Below are positions 53,001-64,000 of a stretch of 64,000 nt of DNA, piece by piece. Below the pieces are notes generated by a model that did no database searches, was not told the origin of the DNA, and saw only the letters and a list, made by a program, of their open reading frames with translations. This DNA comes from Podarcis erhardii (taxonomy: Eukaryota), in the NCBI GenBank assembly GCA_964252035.1, contig OZ176201.1; one strand, given 5' to 3'. Numbering within the stretch: the stretch's first letter is position 1; every line of letters starts with the position of its first letter. A program made the position numbers and the translations under genes.

Positions 53001-56000
53001 AAAGACCTCCAAAGAAGGAGACTCCACCACACTCCTTGGCAGCAAATTCCACTGTCGAACAGCTCTTACTGTCAGGAAGTTCTTCCTAATGTTTAGGTGG
53101 AATCTTCTTTCTTGTAGTTTGGAACCATTGCTCCGTGTCCGCTTCTCTGGAGCAGCAGAAAACAACCTTTCTCCCTCCTCTATGTGACATCCTTTTATAT
53201 ATTTGAACATGGCTATCATATCACCCCTTAACCTCCTCTTCTCCAGGCTAAACATGCCCAGCTCCCTTAGCCGTTCCTCATAAGGCATCGTTTCCAGGCC
53301 TTTGACCATTTTGGTTGCCCTCCTCTGGACACGTTCCAGTTTGTCAGTGTCCTTCTTGAACTGTGGTGCCCAGAACTGGACACAGTACTCCAGGTGAGGT
53401 CTGACCAGAGCAGAATACAGTGGCACTATTACTTCCCTTGATCTAGATGCTATATCCTATTGATGCAGCCCAGAATTGCATTGGTTTTTTTAGCTGCCAC
53501 GTCACACTGTTGGCTCATGTCAAGTTTGTGGTCAACCAAGACTCCTAGATCCTTTTCACATGTACTGCTCTCAAGCCAGGTGTCACCCATCTTGTATTTG
53601 TGCCTCTCATTTTTTTTTTGCCCAAGTGCAATACTTTACATTTCTCCCTGTTAAAATTCATCTTGTTTGTTTTGGCCCAGTTCTCTAATCTGTCAAGGTC
53701 GTTTTGAAGTGTGATCCTGTCCTCTGGGGTGTTAGCCACCCCTCTCAGTTTGGTGTCATCTGCAAATTTGATCAGGATGCCCTTGAGTCCATCATCCAAG
53801 TCGTTGATAAAGATGTTGAATAAGACCGGGCCCAAGTCAGAACCCTGTGGCACCCCACTAGTCACTCTTCTCCAGGATGAAGAGGAACCATTGATGAGAC
53901 CCTTTGGGTTCGGTCAGTCAGCCAGTTACAAATCCACTGAGTGGTAGCATAGTCAAGACCGCATTTTACCAGCTTCTTTACAAGAATATCATGGGGCACC
54001 TTGTCAAATGCCTTGCTGAAATCAAGGTAGGCTACATCCACTGCGTTCCCTTCATCTACCAGGCTTGTAATTCTGTCAAAAAATGAGATCAGGTTAGTCT
54101 GACATGACTTATTTTTCAGAAATCCATGCTGACTATTGGTGATCACAGCATTCCTTTCTAGGTGCTCACAGACTGTTTGCTTAATGATCTGCTCCAGAAT
54201 CTTCCCTGGTATTGATGTCAGACTGACTGGGCGGTAATTATTTGGGTCCTCTCTTTCCCCCTTTTTGAAAATAGGGACAACATTTGCCCTCCTCCAGTCT
54301 GCCGGGACTTCACCTGTTCTCCAGGAATTCTCAAAGATGACTGCCAGTGGTTCTGAGATCACATCTGCCAGTTCTTTTTAATACTCTTGGATGCAGTTCA
54401 TCTGGCCCTGGAGACTTGAATGCATCTAAACTAGCCAAGTATTCTTGTACTATCTCCTTAGTTATTCTGGGCTGTGTTTCCTCTGCTGAATCATTTGCTC
54501 CAAATTCTTCAGGTCGGGCATTGTTTTCTTTATCGGAGAAGACTGAGGCAAAGGAGGCATTGAGGAGTTCTTCCGTGAGCTGTCCGTTCCAAGGTCGCCT
54601 GCACGTTCCCTGAGGACTGACTTTGCTGCTCGTCTTCATATACCTTATCGACTGTAATGAGGGAGAGATCCTCAAATGGAGTCTGCTCTTCGTCTTCCAT
54701 GCTAGGGGAGAGGACCTCAAAGCGATTGTGTATTTCTAAACAATCAGAGCGAACCCTGGGCCTCCTACTTCTTTGAGTCACGTTTCTCCATATATCTGGC
54801 TCCTGTGTTGGTGAACTAGCCTCCTTCTCAGGGGAGTCCCCTGTCTCCTCCTTGGTGGAGACAGTGTGCTCTGTTGCTTCCAAGAAGAGCTCTAGCTCTC
54901 TAATTCTTTGGAGCGTAGCTACTCATTCCTCCAGTTGCTGGACTTTGTCTTCTAAGAGGGCAATCAACATGCAATTGCTGCAGGTAAAGCTGCCTGCAAC
55001 CTTTGGCAAGATGGCAAACATTGCGCAGGAACTGCAGGCGACTGCTGCTGTTCCCTCACCCTCCATCTTGAGAACGTGTCGTTGGGGGTGGCTACAGCGG
55101 TCCTCCATCATAAAAAGTGTGAAGACAGGACAAATAACTCCCCCCCCAAAAAAAAACCTAGGTCTTCCCCAACAAACGTTTGAGACTAGCTCCTCTAAAT
55201 CTAAAAGATGGATTAAACTGCACGTGCCGCTAGGCGTGCGCCGCTGCCCTGCAAGCTCTGATAAGCTCCTCCCACAGCTAATCACCTGCCTCAAAAGAAA
55301 CCCTGCCCCCTCTGACCCTTGCACAGGGAGAGCAGCTAATCAGCCACAAAGAAACACACACACCAGAAAACCCTTTTTGCTCTTTCTTCAGCTGCTGCCC
55401 TGCAAGCTCTGAATTCTTCATGAGCCGCATGTCCGTGGTACTGGGTGGGACCAGAGGCAACAATGGGTGGAGAAACAGGTCTTACCTTCCTAAAATAAAG
55501 GTTTCTACATATGTACCCACCCACTTCTGTCTCTCATCCAGCCAGGCAGTAGGCTGGGAATAAAGGGATGCAGGCTGGGAAGGATCCCAAAACCAGACAG
55601 AGAGGCCTGAAGGTCTACGTTCAGCCCTAGGCCTGAAGTTCTTCACTACTGATCTAGCATGTTGACTGCATTGGGAATATTTTATTCTCTCCTATGTGAA
55701 GATGATAGTGTTACCGGTACCAAGTCCAAAACACTGTCCCTCCCAGGCCAATAAAGAGACAGTGGGTGGAAAAGTAAAAGTTTTTTCTCAATTGCTGCAC
55801 AGAGACTCGGCAGGATATCTCCAAAATCGAGCACACAAAATACAAAGCATTTATGCCACTGTAGCAAGCAAACAAGCACATGATTTCTTGCGTCATTATT
55901 AGCTTTTGTGAACAAAGCGTGCCCTAAGTCAGGTATTCTACTTGGCTACAGAACAGTTACTCACTTATCCTTCTTCATATTGTGCTCAGGCCATTCCAGG

Positions 56001-56194
56001 TGTGACTGGCCTTGTACTTGCAACTGTGGGAACATCTTGCTGTTGTGACTGTGTTTATGCGGACTCAGCAGGCTGTGGTTAACTATGTATATGGCATGCA
56101 AACTTCAGAGCTATGGCACCCAGGTATCACTAGTGTTTAGTTTGACTTTGACTTTTATTTAGTTAATTTATTTCAGTTCTTGCCGAGGTAGGAT

Positions 56195-56230
<36 letters not shown>

Positions 56231-59200
56231 TTTTCAAAGGTAAACTCACAAGTTTTGAGCCTTTCTCAGTGTTGTTGCTTTAACAAGGATAGCACATTTG
56301 TTGGCACAATTTGAACAATCATGTCTTGGCTTAGTAAGCTGAGATTTCAACAAGCCTTTCTCCTGCCCAACACATCCCTTTCACTCCTTCCTTTGTGGCA
56401 GGAGTGATCAAACCAGGAAGCCTCTAATTAGCCACACTTCCCCATTTAGTCTGAACGAAGAAACTATGATTACCAGCTTTGGAACAAGATGGGATATTAA
56501 AGTTCAGTTTGAAGTTAGTTTAATAACCTGGCCTGTTCCAAAGCTAGTAACCTGGTTCAGATGAAACAGGAAACTATGGTTCATTATAAACTCCATGAAG
56601 GGGATAGAGAAGGGGCTGCCAGGGTGGACAAAATATGTTCATATCTCAGTTTATTAAGATGAGATTTGATTGTCTGAATCAACCAGTTATATAGTCCCAT
56701 ATAAATCTGTAAATCATGATTTATTTGCATTTGCAAAAGGGGGGGGGTGGTTATTATCCTCAGTCGCAGCTCAATCAAGTTTTTCCAGTTTTATATTTTT
56801 TGATAAATGATTTGTTAGTGATGAAATGTTACTGATTCAGTACAAGTGTATGAAAGAGATTTTGAGAAATGCTCACTTTATATGATGCAATACATTGTAA
56901 GACAGACTGCAAGACATACAGCATTATGTCAGCTGTACAATTCGTTTTTTGGGCAACATCTATGGCTCTTAATAGGAGGAAATTCTTCTGAACAGGTAAC
57001 ATTCCCTTACTTCCATCATCCATACAGTAACTACATCTATTAGTTCATGGAACTGTTAGAAATCTAATAAGCGCAAAAGCTAATCGTGTTCTTGTGCATG
57101 TTCTAGAACAATCATGTTCTAGTGATCTAGCAGGACATTTCTTTTCTGCTTTCAAGGAAGTAAAGGACCTAAATAATGGCATGTTTTTGAGCATGGCATG
57201 TAAAATAAAGGCAGCAAATGTATTATTTGCTTAAAGTCTTAATTTCTGCCCTCTTCCCATTTTCTTGTCTTCCCAGGTTCATTATTAGCTCTGACATGCC
57301 TTTCTGGGCAGACGTTCTGTCAGGTTGTTGGGAATGTCAGCTCAACAGTCTTACCATACAATAATATCACCTTAAACACAAACTGGATGGTACAGATAGA
57401 AGACAAATATGGCTTCTACATTGGCTTGGCCTTGGCCATCTTCTCCAGCTTCTTGATTGGCAGCAGCGTCATCCTTAAGAAAAAAGGACTGCGTCGGCTT
57501 GTGGAGACAGGAGGCACCAGGGCAGGTATGGTTTCAATGGCTCAGGAGGTGGGTGAGGAATTATTTTCTGAATGAGCTCTGGTTGTATCTGAGACAGGGC
57601 TGGCCAAAATGGCACCCTTCAGATGTTTTGGACCACAAGTCCCAACAGTCCTGACCACTGGCTGGCAGGAATCGTCATCCACATCTTGAGGGTATCATGT
57701 TGGCTATTGCTGAGAGATCTGACTTTGAGCCTCAAAGTGTTTTGGATTCTGATGGCCTTTGCCTACACATTACATAGAGGCAAATCCTTGCCTGAAGAGG
57801 CAACTACAGCCAATCACAGTTCATTAGGGAGTGTGCCTGTTTCTCCATCTAACCCACTGTACTTCAACTGGTAGATGAAGTTCACCAGGGGTAAGCAGGG
57901 GTAGCTGGTCAACAACTTGCCTCAACCCTGACTTTTAGTCATGCTGGGTGGGGGCTGATGGGAGTTACAGTCCAACATCGAGAGAGCACCACATTGGCAA
58001 CTTATCTCTGCACTACTTTGTTACAGCTTGACCTAAGGTGAGTCTCAACACCACCACCATGCAGATATGATAAAAATGAAGAAGCAGGTCCCCAAGTGCA
58101 TTTAACTAAATCTATTTTTTGGTTGGTTCATTCATTCATTCACAATCTATTTTATACCTCAACTCAATAATCTTCCTAGGATGGTTTACCAAAATAATTT
58201 TATAAATGGAGAAAATAGAATAATGCAAAATCCACAAAATTATAAAAGCAGCAAAAAAGTCAGCAAGGTTAAAATGGCACCTAATAAATTTGGGAACAGT
58301 TTCTGACACTGAAGGGACAATAATGTAATCACCAGTCAAACCTCTTCAGCATTCCACCCCTGGGATGCCACCACCGAGAAGACTCTTTTTCTGGAAGTAA
58401 CTGGTCTCACCTTGGATGGTGGTGGTAGTGCGAGGCACTTGCAAGGAGGCTCTCCAGTGAATATCTTAATGCCCCTGTTTTGCAAAGCTTGAAGGCAACA
58501 GACTAGCTCTTTCTCTTAGAAAAATATCAGCAGTCCCTGCTAAAAGGAAATAAACTCGAAGAGCACACACAGGTTCAATAGCTCTAACAGGACCATGGAG
58601 ATTCTAGACTTTGCTGTTCTACTCTCTTCCCCTGTATCTGCCCCATCTAATCTCATGCCCATCTAGGCATTCAGGCCATATTCGTTGTCATGGTATCAAG
58701 GTACCTCCCTCTTTCTCTTGCATTTTAACATTCCTGAAAGTCTGACATCTATTGATAGGTGGTGCTTCCTGTTTTGCTAGTACCTATTTTCAGTCTTAAG
58801 CTGCTTTGGTTTCCAATAAAATACTGGAATCAGGATTCTTGTGTGTAGCAGCTGATAATCTCACTCTGTGTTTTTCCAACAAAGTTTTGGGTTTTTTTAC
58901 CTTGTTTTTCAGTGTCGTGTCTTGTTCTAAAACTAGGATATCATTATTATGAATAGTAATAATGTTCAGTTAGCTATGGTAGGAGTCACTATACCGATAT
59001 GCATTGACAAATAGCTTTTAGATCAGGGCCTCAAATTTGCAGGGAGCTTCCACAAGTAGAGCTGGTTATCAACTGCAGACACTTAGCTGCAAAGCATGTA
59101 GGGTCAGGGGGTAGGATCCTAATGGAGGCACTGGGATCTTTTAAGTGCATCCTTGATGTCATCCCCTCCCCCAGTCTCATGCAATGGAAAACATATGAGG

Positions 59201-62200
59201 GGGAATACTTGATTAGGGTATTTAAAAATATAAGAAGAGTCTTGCTGGATCAGACCAATGGCCCACCTAGTCCAGCATCCTGTTCTTACACTGACCAGGC
59301 TTTTTGGAAGCCTGAAAACAGGATTTGTTAATATAGATTTGGGGAGATAATGATCTGACCTCCTAGCCAGAGTAGATTCTCCACCCCGTCATAGTTTAGT
59401 ATTGAGTGCAAAAGGGCCTGAGCCAAAAGCATTATAATATGCCAAATGACATTAGGCAAACACCATCGTATTCTTTTAGACACCTGTGAGAAAATTTTCT
59501 GTTTTGGTGGGCCTGTTTAGACACGTGATTTGTTACATGTTTTGTTGTGTTTCATTGTTTGAAATGTTTTTAACGATTCTGAAATGTTAAATATGTTTTG
59601 CTTTATTTTTGATTGCATTTTTATTATCTATGTGTTTGCCACTCTGGGCTTCTTTGGGAGAAAGGGCAGGATATAAGATGGAGGGAGGGATGGCTAAAAT
59701 TCATATGATGATATGTGTCAAAAATGTGCTCTATAATTATCTTGAACATGAAATGCTTTTTTGTCATTCTGGGAAGGAAGTTAAAAATGCACCCAGAACA
59801 CACTGGTTTGCATGTGTTTTATCTCTTTTTGTTTCTATTTAATTTTACCTAGTATGTGGTTCTTATTTCCTTTTGAAGTCTCTAAGCATGTGTGCCTTTT
59901 GGTTTCCCAGGGGATGGAGGCCATGGCTACCTTAGGGACTGGCTGTGGTGGGCTGGCTTGCTGACTAGTAAGTATGGTTATTCACACTAGCCTGGATTTG
60001 TTCCTATCAAATCTTTATCACTTTCCCTCTTTTTCATTTGCTACCGCTACCATGTGGAGGCCATTTCCATTGGTAGTGCCCTACATGCTAGCAGTGATAT
60101 TTGAGAGCCTTTTCCCACAATGACATGGGAAATGTCTAGGTCATCAAACTGAACTATATGGAGATGGCCTTTCAGTCTTTACCACCATTGCATGAAGCAT
60201 GTATCCAGATTTCTTCAGCTTCCCTGTGGGGACTGAAATGTATAGAGCTCATCACCAAGGCTCGGGTAGAGGGAATGATCATCACCAGGGCCAACCCAAA
60301 ACATAGTGGTACATGAAACAAAGCACAAAATGGCGCCCTCCCCCTGGAAGAAGGGTTGAGTTAAGAACCACATCAGGAACAAATTGGGGAATCAAATCAA
60401 CCTTATCTGATGGCTGAAGTGGGAATCAAAGACTGTCATTGGGAGTAAAAGGTCCCGCTCTGAATTGTGTCCAAGAGACCCAATAGGGCAGCTCCCACCA
60501 TTTCCTCCCTATGGGTGGGAGACCAGCAGTGCACCCTATTCACCAAGAGGCTGCTATAGAGGCGGTATGGGGTGTGGGAGCTGCTGAGGAGGTGGCAGAT
60601 CCAGCCTCCAAGGAGTGTGACACAGCTGTTGTTGCCACATCAGCAGTAGCAGTAGGCAGTACATTCCTTGGAAGCCAGATCTGCTGCCTCTGTGGATCTT
60701 GCCACCTGAGGTGGTCGCCTCACCTTGCCTCATGGGTGGTGGGAGATGTAGGAGGCTACCTTGTTGCTGCCCCTGGCATCAGCTTTCATGGGCTAGAGTC
60801 CACTTCAGAAGGACTTTGAAGCAGATTCTAGTCCATGGACAGGCAAACTAAGGCCTGGGGGCTGGATCCAGCCCAATCGCCTTCTAAATCCAGCCCACAG
60901 ACGGTCTGGAAATCAGCGTGTTTTTACATGAATAGAATGTGTCCTTTTATTTAAAATGCATCTCTGGGTTATTTGTGGGGCATAGTTCATATTTCCCCCC
61001 CAAAATATAGTCCAGCCCCTCACAAGGTCTGAGGGACAGTGGACTGGCCCCCTGCTGAAAAAGTTTGCTGACCCCTGTATCTAGTCCATGAAAGCTTATG
61101 ACACTCTTAAAGGTGCTCCAAGGCTTTGGAAGCTACTGACCCAAGGCAGTGATCAGTCATTTTAGCATTGTCTGGTTTGCTAGGATTGGGTCCATTTTCT
61201 AAAATTAGCTGGGCACATCTGCCACCGTATTGGATTCTGATCTATTACTCAGGAGATATTTGGTCAATACTTTTTGCACGGAGCTCCTTGAATCTACAGC
61301 ATGACTCTTAAGATGCCTTTTCTTGTTAAAAAAAATGAAAACACAACAGTGATTGCTGTAAAACCATCTTTCTTCTGGTTTTTAACTCCAGTGCTCTTTT
61401 TCATTGGGCCAAACTATGCACTGAATTCAAACAAAAACCCTTGAGCAGGAATAGCACTCATTGTAATTTACCTGTTCTCTGTTTATCCTTTGGCTGTTTG
61501 CTCAGTGGGTGGAGGAGAAGCTGCCAACTTTGCCGCCTATGCCTTTGCTCCTGCAACAATTGTTACTCCGCTCGGAGCCCTGAGCGTGCTCATAAGGTGA
61601 TTTCCTCTCGTTTCTATTCTGCCCTCCCATATTTATTCTAGGTCTGTAAATGTCAGTGGTAGTAACATGACTGGCCATGCAAACAGAAAAATAGCCTGAT
61701 AACTTTCTCACAGTACACAGAAGCCAAACATTTGCTTCAGCCTGGCTGTCCCCCCCCCCAAAGTAGACCTTGCATGGTACTTTTTGACACAGGGGTGACT
61801 TTAATGACTTTAAATGAGTGCATTTAAAACAGCAACCAGCAACCCGGTGCCCTCCAGATGTTTTGGACTGAAATTCCAGTCATTCTCGACCATTGGGCAT
61901 TCTAACTGGAGCTGATGGGAGTTGTGGAGACACCAAAGTAGTGGTCCCAAAGGATGCACTCCCTTTGGGGGCAAAGTGATGGTGGCAGCCTGCCGCATTG
62001 CAGCAGCACCCCTTAAATATTAATCTCAGGGCTGGAAGTCAGTCAATAAGTTACAGCGAGTGTTTTCCTCTTCCCAGCTGTGATAAGACTTGATGAACCT
62101 CAAGGGCGTTAGGGCTGCTAGGAAGGGATGTGTGGGTGGAGTTGCTCCCCTCTTCTTTCTCTGTGCTCCTCATCAACTGATACACATGGCAGCCAGGAGG

Positions 62201-64000
62201 AGCAAACCGGTTGCATGAGAGTACCAAAGCTCATCAATATATCAGCTTATTAAGCTAAGATATGAGCATCTGAACACGCCCATTGTCAGTTAGATGATTG
62301 ATTCTGATTTGAAGTGTCCAAATATTGCATATATCTCTCTGTTTGTCACTGAAAGAAGTTTCCAAAGTTCTGTAGAAGGCTGTTATTAATGGGACAACCA
62401 TGTATTCTGACTTCTTGTTAGTTTTCTGTATGTTGATTACCCCAAAGCAATTTTATTGATTTTTCTCCCCTATTACCCAGTGCCATTTTGTCTTCGTACC
62501 TGCTTGGAGAGCGGCTGAATCTCCTGGGCAAACTTGGTTGCATGCTGAGCATTGTGGGTAGTACAGTTCTTGTGATTCACGCTCCAGAAGAAGAGGAGGT
62601 CACCACTCTGGACGAAATGGCCTCTAAACTGAAAGAGCCAGGTAACCAGAAAAGCAGAAGGTTAAAGGTATCACCAACCAGCTATAATTGTAGCTTATTA
62701 TCTGAATCCCTAGTTCAGGTGGGATGGCAGTGGCATGGCACTTCAGCTTTGAATCCCCTGTGTGGCTGTCATCCTATTTGTGAGCATTGTGGTTCAGTGC
62801 CATCCCCTGAAATGTCTTTGCACTGCTGCTGCTGTTTCCTGGAGACATTGCCCACTTCACAGATCTCTCATGCCCCATTGTCAAATTGGACACGCAAGGA
62901 CTTGAAATGTGGAGAGCTCACTTTGAAACCCTCTTCAGACTCTTTGCACTAAAACACACAATGGTCTAAAGAGGAACCTGTGTGCCCAGTGATGTTGGGG
63001 GCATGATGCCCTCCCATGATTTTAAGTTGGGGATGGTTAACCTGTGGCCTCTAGGTGTTATTGGACTCAACCAGCAGTGGCAGTGGTCAGGGATAATGGG
63101 AGCCACATCTGGAGGGCCACGTTGAGAGTGAGCCACCTCCATTCTAAGTCCTTGTTCAGGCAGATGTCCAAATAGGTCTTCTGAGTATATATGCAGGTGC
63201 ATGAATTAGAGCTCGTGCACATGTCTTTCCCTGGATCCCGCCCTTATGTGTGCTTATTTTCTGCATTTTGTGCCAGTCCTTTTGGCAGACTCACCTCGCC
63301 TAGTTCCATTTGTTTAGGTGGAATAGTAGTTCTCATTTCTTACAGCTAGGATTCTAGTGGTTGATCAGTTGAACTCCTTATACCTGTTAGTAGTGTGCTA
63401 CTGCCTTGCCACAACTTGTACTCTGCTCCTCATAAAACTGCCGCAACCTGTGATGAATTCCTCACCCCCCCTTCTTTTCATTCTTCCAGGTTTCCTTGCT
63501 TATGCCAGCATTCTGTTGGCGGTCTGCCTGGTTCTGATTTTCTTCCTCGCCCCACGTTACGGCCAGACCAACATTCTCATCTACCTCACCATCTGTTCTG
63601 TGATTGGAGCATTCTCAGTATCTTCAGTCAAAGGACTAGGCATCGCCATTAAGGGCTTTTTTGCTCACTGGCCTGTTCTGAAGGACCCACTCACCTGGAT
63701 TCTTGTCCTCACGTTGGTGGCCTCTATCACCACCCAAATCAACTACCTCAACAAAGCTCTGGACATTTTCAACACCTCTATGGTTTTCCCCATCTACTAC
63801 GTGCTGTTTACCACCATTGTCATCACCACTTCAGTCATCCTCTTTAAGGAGTGGGTCACCATGTCTGTGGTGGACATCATTGGAACGGTCTGTGGGTTCC
63901 TCACCATTATTTTAGGGGTCTTTTTACTCCATGCCTTCAAAGATATGGACATCAGTTTGAGGAACCTGCCACAAACCCTTCAAAACGCTGACGAGGCCCC
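46961..64000 (+). CDS. NIPAL4: NIPA-like domain containing 4 (ichthyin), Mg2+ transporter family; 6 coding exons, last one truncated by window end
   Basis: Exons 46961-47006, 57277-57525, 59911-59967, 61506-61596, 62481-62641, 63490-64000 join in one frame; NIPA motifs [44 protein letters not shown]; exon 1 NSSCANG matches human NTSCENG; position downstream of CYFIP2 as in human. Confidence 0.93.
47735..47908 (-). mobile_element. tRNA-derived SINE with CR1-type tail
   Basis: gggattgaatttgggacc (antisense B box), ctgcatgcgaagcagactctc, tail ggaagctg. Confidence 0.7.
48270..48609 (+). mobile_element. Sauria SINE, near full length
   Basis: ggcgctgtgggttaaaccacagagcctagg...B box ggttcgaatcc...tail ccctttacctttac. 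Confidence 0.93.
49290..49780 (-). mobile_element. Old L1/Tx1-type LINE ORF2 C-terminal fragment
   Basis: Minus-strand translation with stops: [15 protein letters not shown]...WIADMTT..HERIAF...MDKFND. Confidence 0.6.
51620..51975. mobile_element. MITE (cctccaacatttctcc...gaaaatagggacacttgg) split by a BovB insertion
   Basis: Left half 51620-51670 and right half 51886-51975; a second left end of the family at ~51325-51365. Confidence 0.7.
51671..51885 (+). mobile_element. RTE-BovB LINE 3' fragment
   Basis: Encodes [22 protein letters not shown]; 10-bp TSD AAGGAATTGC at 51661-51670 and 51886-51895. Confidence 0.93.
52883..55420 (-). mobile_element. Young CR1 LINE with 5' UTR, ORF1 N-terminus, internal deletion, RT and (ATTCTATG)n tail
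   Basis: RT motifs [46 protein letters not shown]; ORF1 CxxC..CxxC plus coiled coil from ATG 55111; junction ~54570; 5' boundary approximate. Confidence 0.93.
56193..56228 (+). repeat. (ATTT)n microsatellite
   Basis: Seen directly. Confidence 0.98.
57277..57525 (+). CDS. NIPAL4: NIPAL4 exon 2 (249 nt) SLLAL...GGTRA
   Basis: cccag|GTTCA...GCAG|gtatgg. Confidence 0.95.
58130..58450 (-). mobile_element. L2 LINE 3' relic
   Basis: cattcattc tail, A-rich 3' UTR, cagcattccacccctgggatgccaccaccgagaag (antisense AFSVVA..LWN). Confidence 0.6.
59225..59300 (-). mobile_element. CR1-type 3' tail fragment
   Basis: ataagaagagtcttgctggatcagaccaatggcccacctagtccagcatcctg; similar relic on + strand at ~31330-31400. 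Confidence 0.6.
59911..59967 (+). CDS. NIPAL4: NIPAL4 exon 3 (57 nt) [18 protein letters not shown]
   Basis: cccag|GGGAT...CTA|gtaagt. Confidence 0.95.
60834..61078. mobile_element. Non-autonomous hAT element
   Basis: Ends catggacaggcaaact / agtttgctgacccctg; flanks ttctagtc / atctagtc fit the NTCTAGNN hAT target. Confidence 0.75.
61506..61596 (+). CDS. NIPAL4: NIPAL4 exon 4 (91 nt) GGGEA...LSVLI
   Basis: ctcag|TGGGT...AAG|gtgatt. Confidence 0.95.
62481..62641 (+). CDS. NIPAL4: NIPAL4 exon 5 (161 nt) AILSS...KLKEP
   Basis: cccag|TGCC...CAG|gtaacc. Confidence 0.95.
63490..64000 (+). CDS. NIPAL4: NIPAL4 exon 6 (partial) FLAYA...NADEA
   Basis: tccag|GTTTC...; open to window end, multiple TM helices. 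Confidence 0.95.

Noticed and set aside
60333-60346. CTCF-like motif (minus strand CCAGGGGAGGGCGC)
   Set aside because: Two core mismatches and appears to lie in a repeat-derived segment

Overview
Vertebrate (squamate, probably lacertid lizard; inferred from Sauria SINE, BovB and lizard-type MITE content) genomic DNA with two + strand protein-coding genes in tandem. (1) The last 21 coding exons of CYFIP2 (4814-36818, 2770 nt, 922 codons plus stop, all GT-AG, near-identical to human as I recall it), followed by a ~2.9 kb 3' UTR. (2) NIPAL4 (ichthyin, NIPA-family Mg2+ transporter) from its CpG-island first exon (ATG 46961) to a sixth exon cut off by the window end. Introns and the intergenic gap are full of SINEs, CR1/L2/L1/BovB LINE pieces and hAT/Tc1-mariner MITEs. 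I found no clearly new gene system. The best leads are: a minimal AUG-CGC-UGA uORF 30 nt ahead of the Mg2+-transporter start codon; a p53/p63 element in a dense motif cluster upstream of NIPAL4; a young CR1 with both ends but an internal deletion fusing ORF1 to RT; no intact nested FNDC9 in its expected CYFIP2 intron; long foldback MITE hairpins in the intron after the ADAR-edited CYFIP2 exon; and several candidate micro/poison exons. Exon numbers follow the human 31-exon model from memory; repeat boundaries are approximate unless a TSD is given.
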